Below are positions 32,422 through 50,241 of a DNA stretch of 64,000 nucleotides, one piece after another. A program made the position numbers and the translations under genes. This DNA comes from the human T2T-CHM13v2.0 reference genome, Homo sapiens. Each line of letters opens with the position of its first letter. The stretch's first letter is position 1. Below the pieces are notes generated by a model. The model made no database searches and was not told the DNA's origin. It worked only from the letters and a program-made list of their open reading frames with translations. Where the stretch lies: NCBI GenBank assembly GCA_009914755.4, contig CP068257.2:17728001-17792000 (forward strand), written 5' to 3'.

Positions 32422-32720
32422 GGCCTGCTGCGGTGGCTCATGCCTGTAATCCCAGCACCTTGGGAGGATGAGGCGGGCAGATCACCTGAGGTCGGGAGTT
32501 CGAGACCAGCCTGACCAACATGGAGAAACCCTGTCTCTACTAAAAATACAAAATTAGCTGGGCATGGTGGTGCATGCCTGTAATCCCAGCTACTCAGGAA
32601 GGCTGAGGTAGGAGAATTGCTGGAACCCGGGAGGCGGAGGTTGCGGTGAGTGCAGACCGCACCATTGCACTCCAGCCTGGGCCACAAGAGTGAAACTCTG
32701 TCTCAAAAAAAAAAAAAAAA
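32422..32720 (+). mobile_element. Alu (AluS-like), forward orientation, with an 18-bp target-site duplication.
   Basis: ggcctgctgcggtggctcatgcctgtaatcccagcaccttgggagg… ccgggaggcggaggttgcggtgagtgcagaccgcaccattgcactccagcctgggcc, followed by poly(A). aagaattataccatcttt (32404-32421) matches aagaattataccattttt (32721-32738). Confidence 0.9.
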
Positions 32721-33728
32721 AAGAATTATACCATTTTTATTTCCCTTTAAGGTTCATAATACTCGGATTAAAATACTAGCACTTTAATAATATACAACCT
32801 AAAATATTAATTTCCATTTATCAAAATAATTGTCAGCAATATAAATATTTTAATTGTAATTAGCTTTTATACGAACTCAATTATTTTTTCCATGAATCAG
32901 CACAATATCTTTTGTTTCTTTAAATTTCTAACTGTAGTGCCGACCTGTGAAGTCTAAGAGTTGACTTATAGACATATCCTTCCTTACTCTTGAACCATTA
33001 TATCCAGGCCTGGGTATAATTAGGCATGTGTCATTTAAAGATAAGAATAAATTCTGAGAATGCATTGTTGGGAGATTTCATTGTTGAATGCAAACATCAT
33101 AGAATGTACGTATACAAACCTAGATACCGTAGCCTACTACATACCTAGGGTATATGGTATAACTTATTACTCCTAGGTCACTAACTTGCACAGCATGTTA
33201 CTCTACTGAATACTGGAAGCAATCCTAACATGATGGCGAGTATGTGTGTATCTGAACATATCTAACATCAAAAAGGTACATTAAAAATATGGTATTATAA
33301 TTTCATGGGACCACGGCCAGATATGTGGTCCATCATTGACTGAAATGCCATTATGCAGCACTGACTACCAGCAGCCTTATTGCCAGTAGCAGACAGAACA
33401 ACCTGGGGCCCTATAATCAGGAACAGTAGTCCCAGGTTATGTTCCTCAGTCTTCAATTTAGCCACCTCTCCATTCTTTGGATGTGATCCCTCTCTTTTCA
33501 CCCAATCAGTGATTATAACCATACTGAGAGGGATACATCCCTTGAAATTAAGTGCTTGACTGACTTCTGGAAATGCAGCTATCTAGAGATTCCTACTATG
33601 ACCTCATCTCCTAAAAGGGCCCTATGGATATTAATGCCAGTCTTACTCTGAAATCAGTTTTCCTTTTTATTTTTTAATGTTTCATTTATTGTAAAAAAAT
33701 GGAAACAACCATACTTCCACTTGCCAGC

Positions 33729-33966
33729 TTTACCAAATCTCAATTTTATGAGAAATTCATGTCAAATTTTTAAAGAAATTAAATATGATAGATATATAAC
33801 TCTAATGCAATTGTATAGAACCCCACTTTCTAGAAGGGCATGTGGATTCTCAATCTCATGAGAAATTCATGTCAAATTTTCAAAGAAATTAAATATGATA
33901 GATACATAACTCTAATGCAATTGTATAGAACCCCACTTTCTAGAAGGGCGTGTTGATTCTCATTGT
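33729..33966. repeat. Tandem duplication: two adjacent copies of a 119-bp unit (33729-33847 and 33848-33966), ~95% identical.
   Basis: Read directly. tctcaattttatgagaaattcatgtcaaatttttaaagaaattaaatatgatagatatataactctaatgcaattgtatagaaccccactttctagaagggcatgtggat is immediately repeated as tctcaatctcatgagaaattcatgtcaaattttcaaagaaattaaatatgatagatacataactctaatgcaattgtatagaaccccactttctagaagggcgtgttgat. Confidence 0.95.
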
Positions 33967-34894
33967 TGCATGTCCTTAATTACGCTTGATATTGTTTATG
34001 GCTTAACATTTTGTAGCTTTGAAGAGATTGAAATGATTTTTTTTCTTTCAAAATTCCTCGCACTTTTTGAGGCTCAGTATTGCATATACTTTATTTTAGC
34101 ATTTGTATTAACTCTTCTGTAAATTGTCCAATTCATTTGTGTATCTTTCTATTGGCTTATTTTATTGCTACTGATTTGAAGTGTATTATTCTGTATATAT
34201 TTTCTAATTGGAAACTGACAATAATTTCTCCCAGTCTGTGATTTACTCATTTATATTGGCTTTCTTTTTCTTTTTGTTTTTCTAAATATTTTAATTTCAA
34301 TATAATCAAGACATTTAATAAAATATCTGGTATACTGGGTCCCAGTTAAGTTGACATATAAAATTAAACATTGCAGATCTTTACTGTGATTAATGCAATA
34401 CCAGTCCCATATTAGGAATTTATTTCATGTCCAAAGGAAAAAGTAAATAAAGATAATAACTATTAGCAGCCATATTGACAATAGCAAATATGAGCCAACT
34501 GGGGCCCTATAAGCAGGAAGAGTAGTCTTAGGTTCTTTTCCTTTATGGTTTATACTTTTGTAATCTGTCCAGAGAAATTTATTTGAATTTTGTGATAGTT
34601 TATTTTTTATCATAATTGTGGCTTAGTAGAACATTTTCTATTTCTTACTATTTTCGTGCTGTGATCATTTCTCTCTATTCATTTAAAATGACATTTCATA
34701 TGAATTGGTATTCTAATTTTGAGCTATTCTTACATTCCTGCGACATACCCGTCTTGATCATAATTTTTCAAATAGCTACAAAAAAACTATGCTTTAAAGT
34801 TATATTCAACATTGCTAATTTAATGCTTGTAAGATTAGTTTCCAGTTTACATTTTATATACTGTGATGCTCTTAGGTATTAAGGTTATGCAATT

Positions 34895-34964
34895 TAATTA
34901 ATAGCTTTACTTTTTTGTTGTTTATTGGTTAATTAGTAGCTTTATGTTTTTGTTGTTTATTGGC
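34895..34964. repeat. Small tandem duplication (~35 bp x 2): taattaatagctttacttttttgttgtttattgg / ttaattagtagctttatgtttttgttgtttattgg.
   Basis: Read directly. Confidence 0.85.
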
Positions 34965-35666
34965 CCATCCACTCTTTCAAATAGTTTATTTAATTTGGGG
35001 ATCGTTTGCTCTGAGATAGTTTAAAATTCTTTTATAAAACTTATTTTACAAAATTGTTGGTCTTGGTATTTACTTTTTTATTGTATTTCAATGACTTCAA
35101 TGGTTATTTATTTAGTTTTCTATCTCTTCTTCACCCCAATTTGGCACATTAAATTTTGCTACAATTTATATATGCACATATTTGAATTTATAAGCAAATA
35201 GTTATGTACAGTGTTCTATTATATTATATTCATCTTTAATATTAAAAACTCTTTATGTGGTCAATTTTAAAAGCTCTGTTTATTAATTATATTTATCTGT
35301 TTTTATTACACTCCACTTTTGAAATATAAAGAAACTCTACATCTTAATTAAAATGGTTCTTATTATAATCAATGTTTACTTTTTCCTTTGAACATGTAAT
35401 AAGTTCCCAAAATGGCACAATCATTGCATTAATCACTACTAGTAGAGTCCTATGATTGTCAATAGTATCTGTTAACTTGACTGAGGCACAGGATGCCCAG
35501 ATAACTGCTTATACATTATTTCCAGGTGTGCTTGTGAGAGTATTTGCTGACTAGCATTTAAATTGGTAAACTGAATAAGGCAGATAATCCTCCCTAGTGT
35601 GAATGGCCAACATATAATCTGTTGAGGGCCTTAAACAAAAATGCAGAGGAATGTTGGATTTGCATT

Positions 35667-35703
35667 TTCTCTCTCTCTTCTCTCTTCTCTCTCTCTCTCT
35701 CTC
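35667..35703. repeat. (TC)n/(GA)n dinucleotide microsatellite, imperfect.
   Basis: ttctctctctcttctctcttctctctctctctctctc. Confidence 0.95.
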
Positions 35704-35791
35704 AACTGAAATATTAATCTTACAGCTTACAGACAGCATATCATGCAACTTTTTTTGCCTCCATAACTGTGAATCCAATAGCTTATAATAA

Positions 35792-35845
35792 ATCTATGTA
35801 TCTATGTATCTATCTATGTATCTATCTATCTATCTATCTATTTAT
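35792..35845. repeat. (TATC)n/(GATA)n tetranucleotide microsatellite with interspersed TATG units.
   Basis: atctatgtatctatgtatctatctatgtatctatctatctatctatctattta. Track ORF 35769-35972 is its translation (CIYLCIYLSIYL). Confidence 0.95.
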
Positions 35846-37710
35846 AAGTGCTGTTTCTCTGGAGAACTCAAATACAAAGCCAATAGTGTTTTATGAAATA
35901 ATTATATGGAAAGATAATTGGAGTAAGCTTCAAAGTAAAATACTGGAGATGCTTTTTTATTCCAAATTATAATGATCTCAAGTATCTATGAGAAAGATTT
36001 ATTAGCTAGTGTAACTTGAAGGTACCTGAGTACGTCTGGCTTCAGTCAGCCTTTTCCAGAGGCTCATATGATGTTGTCAGAGCTCCAGCTCTGTATCTGA
36101 AATCTGATTATTTTTCATTTTCTTTCTGTTGTTATTGACCTGTCTTTAAATGCCAGCAAACATTCTCTATTTGCTAATATGTACCTGCTTGCATTCCAAG
36201 TATACAAATGATCACTGATACAAATAAGTCACTGATACACATACTGGGTTCAAAATAAACTTTTTAGAAAGATCCATAAGGATTTGTTTTTGGACAGATG
36301 TTAACAGTGAAACAAGGCTGTATCCAAAGAATTTTGGAACAAATTACCATAAAGTATCGATGGAGTGTTCTCTGATTCTCAACCATATCCATGTAGAACA
36401 ATTCTCAAAATAACAGAAATGGTTTGTGGGAAGATAAACATTTTGGAAAAACCAAGATTAAAATTGTCATGACATATAGAAAATATATAACAAGTTGAAT
36501 GATGTCATCTGCAAAAGGGACTCCACATCCACCTACATGTATAAAGAGGCTCTTGAGAGAAATCTTGAAGAATCATAGGAGTTACTCTGAGATTACAATT
36601 TATATATTGTATTTTTTGTTGGAGAAGGGATCAACACCTATGTCTGTGTGCTCATTCCTACTGTGATGAAGTTTCAAAGGGAATAGTTTCTGCAAATGTA
36701 AGGACTATAGGACAGCATGACATATTAACAAATATATATCTATTATAGCATATTAAAACTGAAACACTCAAGTTTTTGCAAGAACTTTAAGAGAAACATG
36801 TATTTTATGTCATAAAGTAAAATTTGCCAATACCACAATAGAGAGTAATGAAAGTAAAATTATTCAACAACAAGAAATTATTCCTCTTTTTTAGATTTAG
36901 ACAACAAGATGTAATCCTTCCTTTTAAGCAAAGTAGTGTGTTCTTATAAGTACATATAACTAAAATATTGGCCTTACCTCTGTTTTCTTTTTCTTTACCT
37001 TTATTTTCTTTAGTCATATAAACCTTGAAAATATTTGTTTCAAATATTCACAAACTATAGCCAAGGAATATCGAAGTTTGCTTGCATATAAACACTTTTA
37101 GCACATGTTTATGAATTATTAAATATCAGAATAAAATTTGAAAACTTTTAAAAGTTACTTGATCAAAAATTATTGAATTCAAGTTGAAATGACACATATT
37201 ATGAATGATACTAAGTACTGGTGTTATTTTACTCTATTTTCCATAATAGTGAAAGCTACATAGGGATAAGCAAAAAAGTATATTCCGTTATATGTTTAAT
37301 TATGTCTAACTAAGGACATCAGTTGATATATACTGAAAATTTACACCAGTTGATCTATCCCATTGATGTATTATAGTATAAATCATAAAATTAGACAAAG
37401 ATATCTAAAGAGTACATAATCTCTTTAAAAATTTCTTATTTCTTAATTACATTTTCTCCATATGTATTCAAACATCACACTGAGTTGGCTGATAATTTAG
37501 CTTTACAATTATGGGTTTTAAAATGACATAGAGTTTGCACTGCAATTCCAAGTGGATGAAGAGAAAATGGGAAATAAATGAATGCTTGCATTTTTAGGCC
37601 ATCATGGTAATTCTATTTAAATTGCCATACAAAGAACAGAAGTTAAACTTTTCCTAAAATTTGGGTTGGAGATGTTAAGTATTATTTGGAAAATAAATTA
37701 CACAAAACCA

Positions 37711-37781
37711 TCTCTTTCTCTCTTTCTCTCTCTCACACACACACACGTACACACACAGATGCACATACACACACACAAACT
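37711..37781. repeat. Compound (TC)n(CA)n microsatellite.
   Basis: tctctttctctctttctctctctcacacacacacacgtacacacacagatgcacatacacacacacaaac. Confidence 0.95.
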
Positions 37782-37819
37782 CCCTGTCCCCAGAATCTAT
37801 TTGTTATAACAGCACATAT

Positions 37820-38335
37820 AATATAAAGCAATGTAGTTCAGAATAGAATTTCATTTCATTATATTAAGTGAAATAAAAAGAGACACAGAAAGACACACAA
37901 AACAAATATTGCATGTTCTCACTCATCCGTGGGAGCTAAAAGGGTTATCTCACGGAACTAGAAAGTGGAATGATTGACACTTAAGGCTTAGAAGTGTGTA
38001 GTGGTGAGAGTGGAGGGTGAAGAGAGGTTGGTCAATGTGTTCAAACATACAGTTAGATAGAAGGTATAAATCCTAATGTGTGATAGCAATAATAGGGCAA
38101 ATATAGCTAGCAACAATGTATTACACATTTCAAAGTAGCTAGAAAAAATAACTTGAAATATTCCCAACACATGGAAATGAGAAATACTCGAGGTGATGAT
38201 TACTCCAAATACCCCAACTTAATTATTACACATTCTATGCATGTAACAAAATGCCACAGGTACCCAACAAATATGTCATATATTATGTATCAATTTAAAA
38301 AAGAATAAAAAACAAATGTAGTTCACATTGTACTG
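37820..38335 (+). mobile_element. L1 3-prime-terminal fragment (last ~0.5 kb, L1P-like), forward orientation.
   Basis: …aaatattgcatgttctcactcatccgtgggagctaaaagggttatctcacggaactagaaagtgg… with gtgaagagaggttgg…, …aataacttgaaatattcccaacacatg… and …aaaatgccacaggtacccaacaaatatgtcatatattatgtatcaatttaaaaaag follow the L1 3'UTR layout and end in an A-rich tail. Confidence 0.75.
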
Positions 38336-40664
38336 TAATTTTTTGTTACTTCAATTTGCAATGTTGTTTTCTGAATAGTTTATGTCTTTCTCACGTATTT
38401 CAATTCTTTTCTATTGAAATAGCGAAGACAGTTATAAGTTGATAACTTTATATCTTATCTCAGAGTGTGTATGATGAGTTCAGCATTCATTCATGAAAAT
38501 GAGCATTCCTAGTTCTCTCAAACATCAAAAAACAGTAGAAAACTAAATTCTTTTTGCATCTAATTTCTTACTAGTTCTTCTATTTACCTGTTTTTTTAGT
38601 CTAATTTCTATTTACTACAGGTGTCAAGAAGTCACAGTTTTTAGAATTTTATGATTAAAGTGAAATGTGCTATGGAATTATTTAAACTACAGCCTGAAAA
38701 TGTTTTGCTTTCTTGTGCTTCTACTTGTAATTGATGTAAATATTTCAGAATAGCTGTTTCTGTTCCTCTGCAGAGGTTACTTTCTATAGGTAGAAGAGGC
38801 AGTGGAATAAGGATACTTATAGAGACTTCATTATGCTTTATTTCTACGTCCAGCCAAGCAAATCCTCATTCAAACTTCTTTGAAGCCTGTATTCTCTTCC
38901 TTAATATTGGAGAAAGACACAGTATAATAAACTTTCTGAAAACCCAAGTTATGAGGCTCCATTAAGGCAATGAATGATAAAATTAAAAATCTCTGGCTAA
39001 TGCAAGATGGTACACGTTCTCATATACTAAATGCCCATCTAATTAAAAAATAACTGATTGCTAAACTATGAGTTATTGAGAATGAGTTCAAATATGAGAG
39101 ATCACAAAGGATTTCCAAAGTAAATAAAATTCAAAAAAAGGCATTGTTAAAGGAGTAAAATTTTGCAGATGAAGATCAGCCAAGATGGATTAACCAGGTT
39201 GAGAAACACATCGGCAAACTCCAAAAGGTAGATGGGAATATGATAAACAGAGGACAGCAAGACCTCTTCCTGGAAAAACTGGACTGTCCAATTTTGTAGG
39301 AATATTAGAAATCAAGGGCTGTTATGAGAAGTGTAGCTACTTTATGAATGATGATGAGTGGCCTTTGCACAAAATCAGTTACTATTTACAGTTTTCTCTT
39401 TTTAAAAAAACATGAGTTATTCCTATGGGATAAATAATCTTCCGTTACCTTCATATACCCAGCAAAAGCACAGTGTCTGAAGAAAAGAAGTAGCCAGTAA
39501 AAAAGCATAATGTGAGTAAATGAAGAAATGAATACAGGAATAAATAAAGAGGTGAATAAATGCACGAAATAAAGTATTTTAGAATACTTATTCTGGCAGC
39601 AGTAAAACATTTTAAATAATTTTGAAAAGTGCCTAAAGATTTGAAAAGAATATGTAAATTTAAATCGTCCTTGAATATTACACATATATAAATCAGTATC
39701 ACAAGTTCATAAAATCCATAAGAGATGCATCGCTATCATTTCTCAAATTTTAAGGTTTATAGCAGGTATATCAGAGTTCTAAGTTTATGTTAGCATTTGG
39801 CTTTCTATTGGCATCAGCATTCTAATTTTTTTAAAGTACCATTCTGAATAGATGTTTAAAATATTGACGATAATTATCAATATCATTTCTGATATTTTAA
39901 AACACCATGTTGTATAAAATCATAATGAGATGGAATGTTATACTGGACTATGAATACAATAGCACTGGGAATGATGTCATTACTAAAGACTGCTTTTTAC
40001 TTTTTATCATCCCTAAGGGAAGAAATAAAAACTGCATTTAGATTGCTTTATTTAAATCATATTAGAATATAATTATAATTTTAAAACATTGGATATGTTT
40101 TTTAAAAATTACAGAAAAGTAGAAGAAAATAATCAGTTCCTTTGTTGAACACAGTATCTATGTGAAATTAAACAAACATATAAAGTTGTGTATTCTTTCT
40201 TCAACAAGCAAAGAAAGTGGGAGAAGCTTCAAATGATGAAGACACAGAAAACAATTGATGCTGGAATTTTCTATCATTGTGTATGTTGTTTTTGTGGCTT
40301 TTTATACCAAATCATTATAAAATGAGTCAAGCATTATATACTCTACTGATTCTTCATGAGTAAGAATATACAAATAAAATTGATAGTAAAATAACTAAAT
40401 TATAACAACTTATACTTTATACATATATTTAAAAGCCATGATTATGGAAATGGTGATACATATGAACAAATTAGTCACCTCCTGAAATTTGTGTGCATTC
40501 AATGTTTATTATAATTTTTTTCTATCTTGAACAAATAAAAATTAATCCAAATATTTTCAAAAAGTGATTACAGGATTTGACTGGTGTTCATGTGAAATTT
40601 CAGAACACCTGTATATCATATGTAGGCCTTATCAAATTGAAGATATCTGTATAGACTTGTGGAT

Positions 40665-40740
40665 ACACACACACACACACACACACACATATGGTTTTAA
40701 ATTTGTGTTTTCCTACATATACATATACATATACATATAG
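40665..40740. repeat. (CA)n microsatellite (~12 units, 40665-40689), followed by (ATACAT)n-like repeats (40715-40740).
   Basis: gatacacacacacacacacacacacacat…tacatatacatatacatatacatatag. Confidence 0.95.
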
Positions 40741-41020
40741 TCCTTACTGTACCAGGAGAGGGTCTGAGAGCAGCAAAAGTCTAATAGCACTGAGTTCACC
40801 TTCTCTTGCCTCCTCTTAGCTTCCATATATCATTTTCAACTAAATAAGAGACTCCTCAGAGAAATGGCTGATTCTAAGCAAAAGTTCATAGTGATACTGG
40901 AAACACCATTTCTATCAGAAAGCCAAATGTGTTAAAAAAATTATGGGGCATGTTGAAAGGACACAGATGTCAACTTGAAAAAAGCTACCATTAGCCAAAT
41001 TTAGGATAATTTGAGCTTCA

Positions 41021-41690
<670 letters not shown>

Positions 41691-42129
41691 CCATAAGATT
41701 ATAATGGAGCATATGGAGAAAACTGATACATGGAACTTGCTATTAGCATTGCAGATCAAGTTAGGGACAATAATTGATATTAAGTAATGGTGCTTGGACA
41801 TTTAGTTTTTCATCTGAAAATATACATACATAAACTCAAATACATATACATTTTATATATAAAAATATATATTATCTAGTTTTCTGTAAGTATACTCTAT
41901 GACGTTTGCACAATAACGAAATCGCCTCATAATGCACTTCTCAGAATACAATCATGTCGATAAGCAATGAATGGCTGCATTTTATTTTAACATAAATGCA
42001 TGGACATAATACAAAAGAAGTGTTACATAGGCTTTATGTCACCTTTATCCCCAGTGACACTGCCCAGAGGCAACAAGTTTTAACTTCCCTATTTTCTTGG
42101 TTCATCTGCAGATCACTCGCATTGTTTTA

Positions 42130-42230
42130 CATATAGATACACATATATATATATACATAAATTTATTTTATATATAATGGTATTATATTATATATATGTG
42201 TGTGTGTATAGGCATATGTACATATATTCC
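42130..42230. repeat. AT-rich low-complexity region with (TA)n and (TG)n runs.
   Basis: atatagatacacatatatatatatacataaatttattttatatataatggtattatattatatatatgtgtgtgtgtatagg. Confidence 0.85.
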
Positions 42231-44027
42231 ACTTATTGGTACTTTAACTTTGGACAGTTTCAATTAACTTGAAAAAAGAGAATTAACTATTATGAAAAAT
42301 GAACAGTAAATGAACTATAAATAAACCCTATTTCTCTTTCTCAGTATTATCCCTAAGATTTTTCTCGATTCCACTATTTATTGCTTTAATCTTTTGTATA
42401 ATATATTTATACCCATTTCTCTTAGTTAATTAACTGCACAGCAGTACATGTTGGCTAAGTAAGATGAGCACATTTTAATTCGTAACCTTTTCTCCATCTC
42501 TGGTATGTTTCTCTAACTTTCAAATCCTTCTAGTTGTTTTGTTTTGGTTTTGCTTTTACCTTGACAAGCTGTATAACTTTTATGTATTAAACAAATCTTG
42601 TCCCCATGCTGTATTTATATTTTACGTTGAGACAAGAAAACAGAAATAACGTAAAATTAGTATTCATTACAGAAATGACTAGTGTACTTGGATCTGTAGA
42701 AAATAAACATATTATAATATAATCATTTTTATTCAAATATGTTCTCATATATAAATTAGGATCATTTCTAAATTTGAAGAACAGATCTTCCTGTCACATT
42801 GTTGCATTCCATATATTTCAAAATCAGTCCATATCTTTGTTTGCGTTACATTTGCACCATGATTTTTTAACATATTTTTTCCTGAAATTTCTATTTTTTC
42901 TTTCCTGTTGACAGAAGAATCATATGCCCTTACTATATTGCTAACATCCAGTTTCTTAACATCACATTAGCGATGCACAGCAACTAATAATCTATTCTTA
43001 AGGAAAGAGGGCTAATATGCTAACTCCATGGTTTTGGCAACTTGAGCCCCTTTTGTATTACTTCTCTTCTATAGTCTTAGTTAGGCTTGCATCTTGCAGT
43101 CTAATATAGTTAGTTGTACCAGCTACTATAATATCCACATTCTAGTTGTTGGAGATGGGTGTGGGAGAAGAGGGTAGGAGCCTTACCTTTCAAGTATGCC
43201 ACAAGGAAGTTGCATATATAATATAGCTTCAATAATTTCAGTGTTAACTTATTTGTTTAAACAACAGACATTATTTATATGAACACAACTTGTTGCAAAA
43301 AAGCCAATAAATATAGTTATTTGCTTATTATGTGCTAGAAGTAAAATATTATTATGAGAGAAACAAAGAAGAAACTAAGAGGAGTAATAGCAATGTCTGA
43401 GAAACATTCTATTAATCACATACAGCAATAACAATGCACCGATTCTTTTCTTCAACATGGTTTTCTCCAATCTGGGACTCCTTGTTCTTACTTAGAGCCA
43501 TGTTTCTCAAGGCTTTCCTTTCCTTATATTCCTGAATCATAAATCTCTTTCTTGAATTTGATTTTTATTTTATAGAACACATTCTTTTCTCTCTCATTTT
43601 TTGGCCTCAAAATGAATTGGTTATATTTGAAAATATCTTCCTTTTGCTCTCATGTTTTGAATAATTGCTGAGAATGCATGGATTTTGGTTAAATATCATG
43701 TTTTCACAAACATTTTTCCAAAAAATGGTGTTGCTGATGAAAAATATGGTAGAATTTCTGAGTTTTGTCCCTTGTAGACGAAATGTTACTCTAAAAATTT
43801 TTTAACTTTGTGTTCTAAATTTTCTGAAAAAGATGTATCAAAAATGCCATCCATTTTTTTATGAATCATGCTGTTTAAAATTCAGTAAGATCTTTCAATC
43901 TGAAGTTTTGGGATTTTTCCTTCACTCTGCAAACTTTTTATTGTTTTTTTGATTATTTCTTCCATGTCCCTCTTTCTCTCTTTTTCTGTAATATTTATTT
44001 AGACAAATTGCAAACTTCATAGATATT

Positions 44028-46766
<2,739 letters not shown>

Positions 46767-48045
46767 TATTCCACTGTGAAACTTTTTTTTCAAATGCTGT
46801 AAATTCCCCCCAACTCTTTGTTTCTAGAGTTTTACATCAAGCTTTTTAACTTGATATCTCATGGTAATAATACTATCTTAACTTCCAAAAATACCCTCAT
46901 ATTCTCTGATTACTTTTTTCTCAGAGTAACCTATTATTTGATAGATATTACCTTTTCGTGAATTTTTCTAAAATACTAATTAGAATTATCTAACTTGTAT
47001 TATGTCCCTGGATTATTTTAGGCTCTTCTAATGTTAGTTATCTTTTTGGTTGTTAAATTTCCTCATAGGCATACATTTCTTATTTGTGTTTTTATATTTT
47101 AAAATACGAAAACAATGGCTTGGTTGCCATAGAGGCTTGATTGGAATTGCTATTCCTTGTGAAACTCTGTTTCGGCATTTGGCCTCTTCCTTAAATGTAA
47201 GGCTCGAACTTGACTTCTGTGAAATATACTAACCTATTGGTTTTACTTCATGATATTTGGGCTGGGAGCACAGATTTATGCTTTCTCCACTGTCCGTCCT
47301 GTCTTCTCAAAATAAACGTGGCTTAATTCTAAACTGTCAATACCCACACTAGGAGTTCAATCTTACTTGGGGTCTTTAGACTGGATACACCTGCTTTAAC
47401 CTGTACACTCATGTCATTAGTGCCACTTTTTCTATTAAAATTCAGAAATTTAACTAGTCCATTCCCACTTACTGGACCTGCTGACTTCAATCATTTCCAG
47501 GGCTCAACAGGGAGGAAACAATTCTACCTCCACTGACTTGCCAAATTCCGGGTTCCTGATGGGGCTAACTAATGCTGTAATGTATCACTCACTCAATATG
47601 AGCCCAGTTGCCTTAGACCTTTAAAAAATAAGCTTTGCTCATTGTTGTCCCATTCTTCATACAAGTCTAAGAACTACTTTTGATTATTTTTGTATGCCTT
47701 AGATTTTAAGAAGGGAGGTAAATAAATATATGCTTTTAGTATTCCATGTTGAACAGTAGTGTAGGAGGTATTTTAAACTTTTGTAGATCTTAAATAATGG
47801 CATAGAAAGAAAAAGAGCATTTTTCAATATTAAAATGAGAATACAATCAATAACACTGGAAGCAGATGCTTCAAATTGTCCTTGAAACATAGTGGCATAC
47901 AATTCTTTTGGGAAGAAAATTATTTATCCAATAGGATTTTTTTCAAAAATATTTATATTGTTTAACTATCCAAAATAAAAATTTCATTAAAGCTTTGGAG
48001 GTAAATACAATTAAAATCCGAGTCATTTATTTGATTTAAGTGATT

Positions 48046-48365
48046 ACAGTCATCCTTTGATATCCATAGGGGATTGGTTTCAGGATCCCTATGGGTACCT
48101 AATCCAGGGATGCTCAAGTTCCTAATATAAAATGGTGTAGTATTTGCATGTAACTTACACATATCCTCCCATATACTTTAAATCATCTTTAGATTGCTTG
48201 TAAAACCTAATAAAATGTAAAGGCTATGTATAAGGTTGTTATATTGTAGTTTTAAAATTTATATCATTTCTTACTGTAATATTATTAATTTTTTTGAGTA
48301 TTTTTGATCCACAGTTGGTTGAATCCATGGATGTGGGACCCACTGATTGGGAGAGCCAAATGTAA
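48046..48365. mobile_element. Second copy of the unnamed ancient repeat seen at 41028-41690, in the opposite orientation.
   Basis: cataggggattggtttcaggatccctatgggtacctaatccagggatgctcaagttcctaatataaaatggtgtagtatttgcatgtaacttacacatatcctcccatatactttaaatcatctttagattgcttgtaaaacctaataaaatgtaaaggctatgtataagg…tttttgatccacagttggttgaatccatggatgtgggacccactgattgggagagccaa is the reverse complement of the layout seen at 41028-41690. Confidence 0.5.
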
Positions 48366-49936
48366 ACATTTTACTAGAAGTAAATATGAGTATTCTAAAT
48401 TTTTAAAAGCTTAAAGCTCTCAAAATAATCACATCTGTCAAATGAGTAACAGCACACATTGCTATGCAAAGCCTCAAGTCAATCACATATACGTAGCAGG
48501 TGATGGCTTACTTTAGTATGAAATGAACAAAGTTTGAAGAGCTATGGAATTGCAAAAACATGAAGTTAGATTGAGGTCTTATCTTAAATAGCTGTGTGAA
48601 CTTTAACTTGTCACTTAAACTCTAAATTTCTGTTTCTTCATCTGAAAAGTGGAATACATAAGGTTTTCTTGAAGAATTTTTAAGAGGATGACAATAAATT
48701 TTACATGTACTTCATTACTTACAGATGATAGATACTAAGTAATGTTAAAAACACACTTGCAATGCCAAAAGAAGTTACGTTATTTTTATAATTTATGTTA
48801 TATATAATATATCTAAAATTTATCTAATAAAATAGAGGACATTTACATAAAAGTATTTATAAACTGACACAAATACAAAAATCGCAGAAAATCATTTAAA
48901 AAATTAAGAAAGAATTGGTTCTCTCTGATAACACATGCAGTAAGTTTAAAGGAAAGACCAACAAGAAAATCTCATCTGAGATCTTAAATGGGGTATTTAT
49001 TATTTAAATGACTTTTCTAATTTCTTATGGTTGATATTCAGCCTTACAGTATCAAATACATGATTTTGTCAACACTGAGAATTAATTATTTTCATAGAGG
49101 AAAACTCATAAAATCAAAGCTTATAACAAATTGTAAGAAATCTAATACTAAGCTTGAATGCCAATATATTAATTTACAGTAATAATAATTGCTAGACATA
49201 TTAAAAGCCTATTGAAATTTATAAGGGACAGTCTTTCAAGGTAATTTAAAAAATGAAGAAAATCATTATTAGACAATTACATCACTTCCAAAGAGAAATC
49301 AGTCTCAATGACTAGCTGGTATACCCAAAGATTTCAACATCTCCATCAGTCTCCACATTAGGTATAATTTTGTATATGGATCTTGAAGATTCAAATATTC
49401 ATATTACTAAGGTTTTGTCCTACATATGAAAATACTTGGATCAACATCACATATTTGTCTATGTAAATTCTATGTAAAATTCTACTTAATTTTTTAAAGA
49501 ATGGGATAAAACTCCATTTTGATGGAAATTTTGTTTTTCAAGTCATATTAGTAACAAATAAGAATATTACTGAACACGTGTCATGATGAGCACTATAAAC
49601 TGAATATCACTTTAAGAGATATTTACATATCTCTATTCTGATATATTAAGGGTATGAAAAAAGATAATTTATTAATTTACTCAGTAGTTATTTACTGAGT
49701 ACCTGTCATGCACCATACCAGATGTTCCAATTATAGTGGTAGACAAGATGGATAGAATCCCTGATTCCATTATGCTTACAAACTGATGACTATATGTCAA
49801 TTCAGAATAGCATTTCTCAGTAGTGTGGAAATCTGGTAAATAGGGACAGTAAAGAGAAAACAAATGAGCATAACACTAAGAATTCTCATGTTGAACTGTC
49901 ACTACTGCATAGTGTGTGGATCCTCATTCACACTAT

Positions 49937-50241
<305 letters not shown>

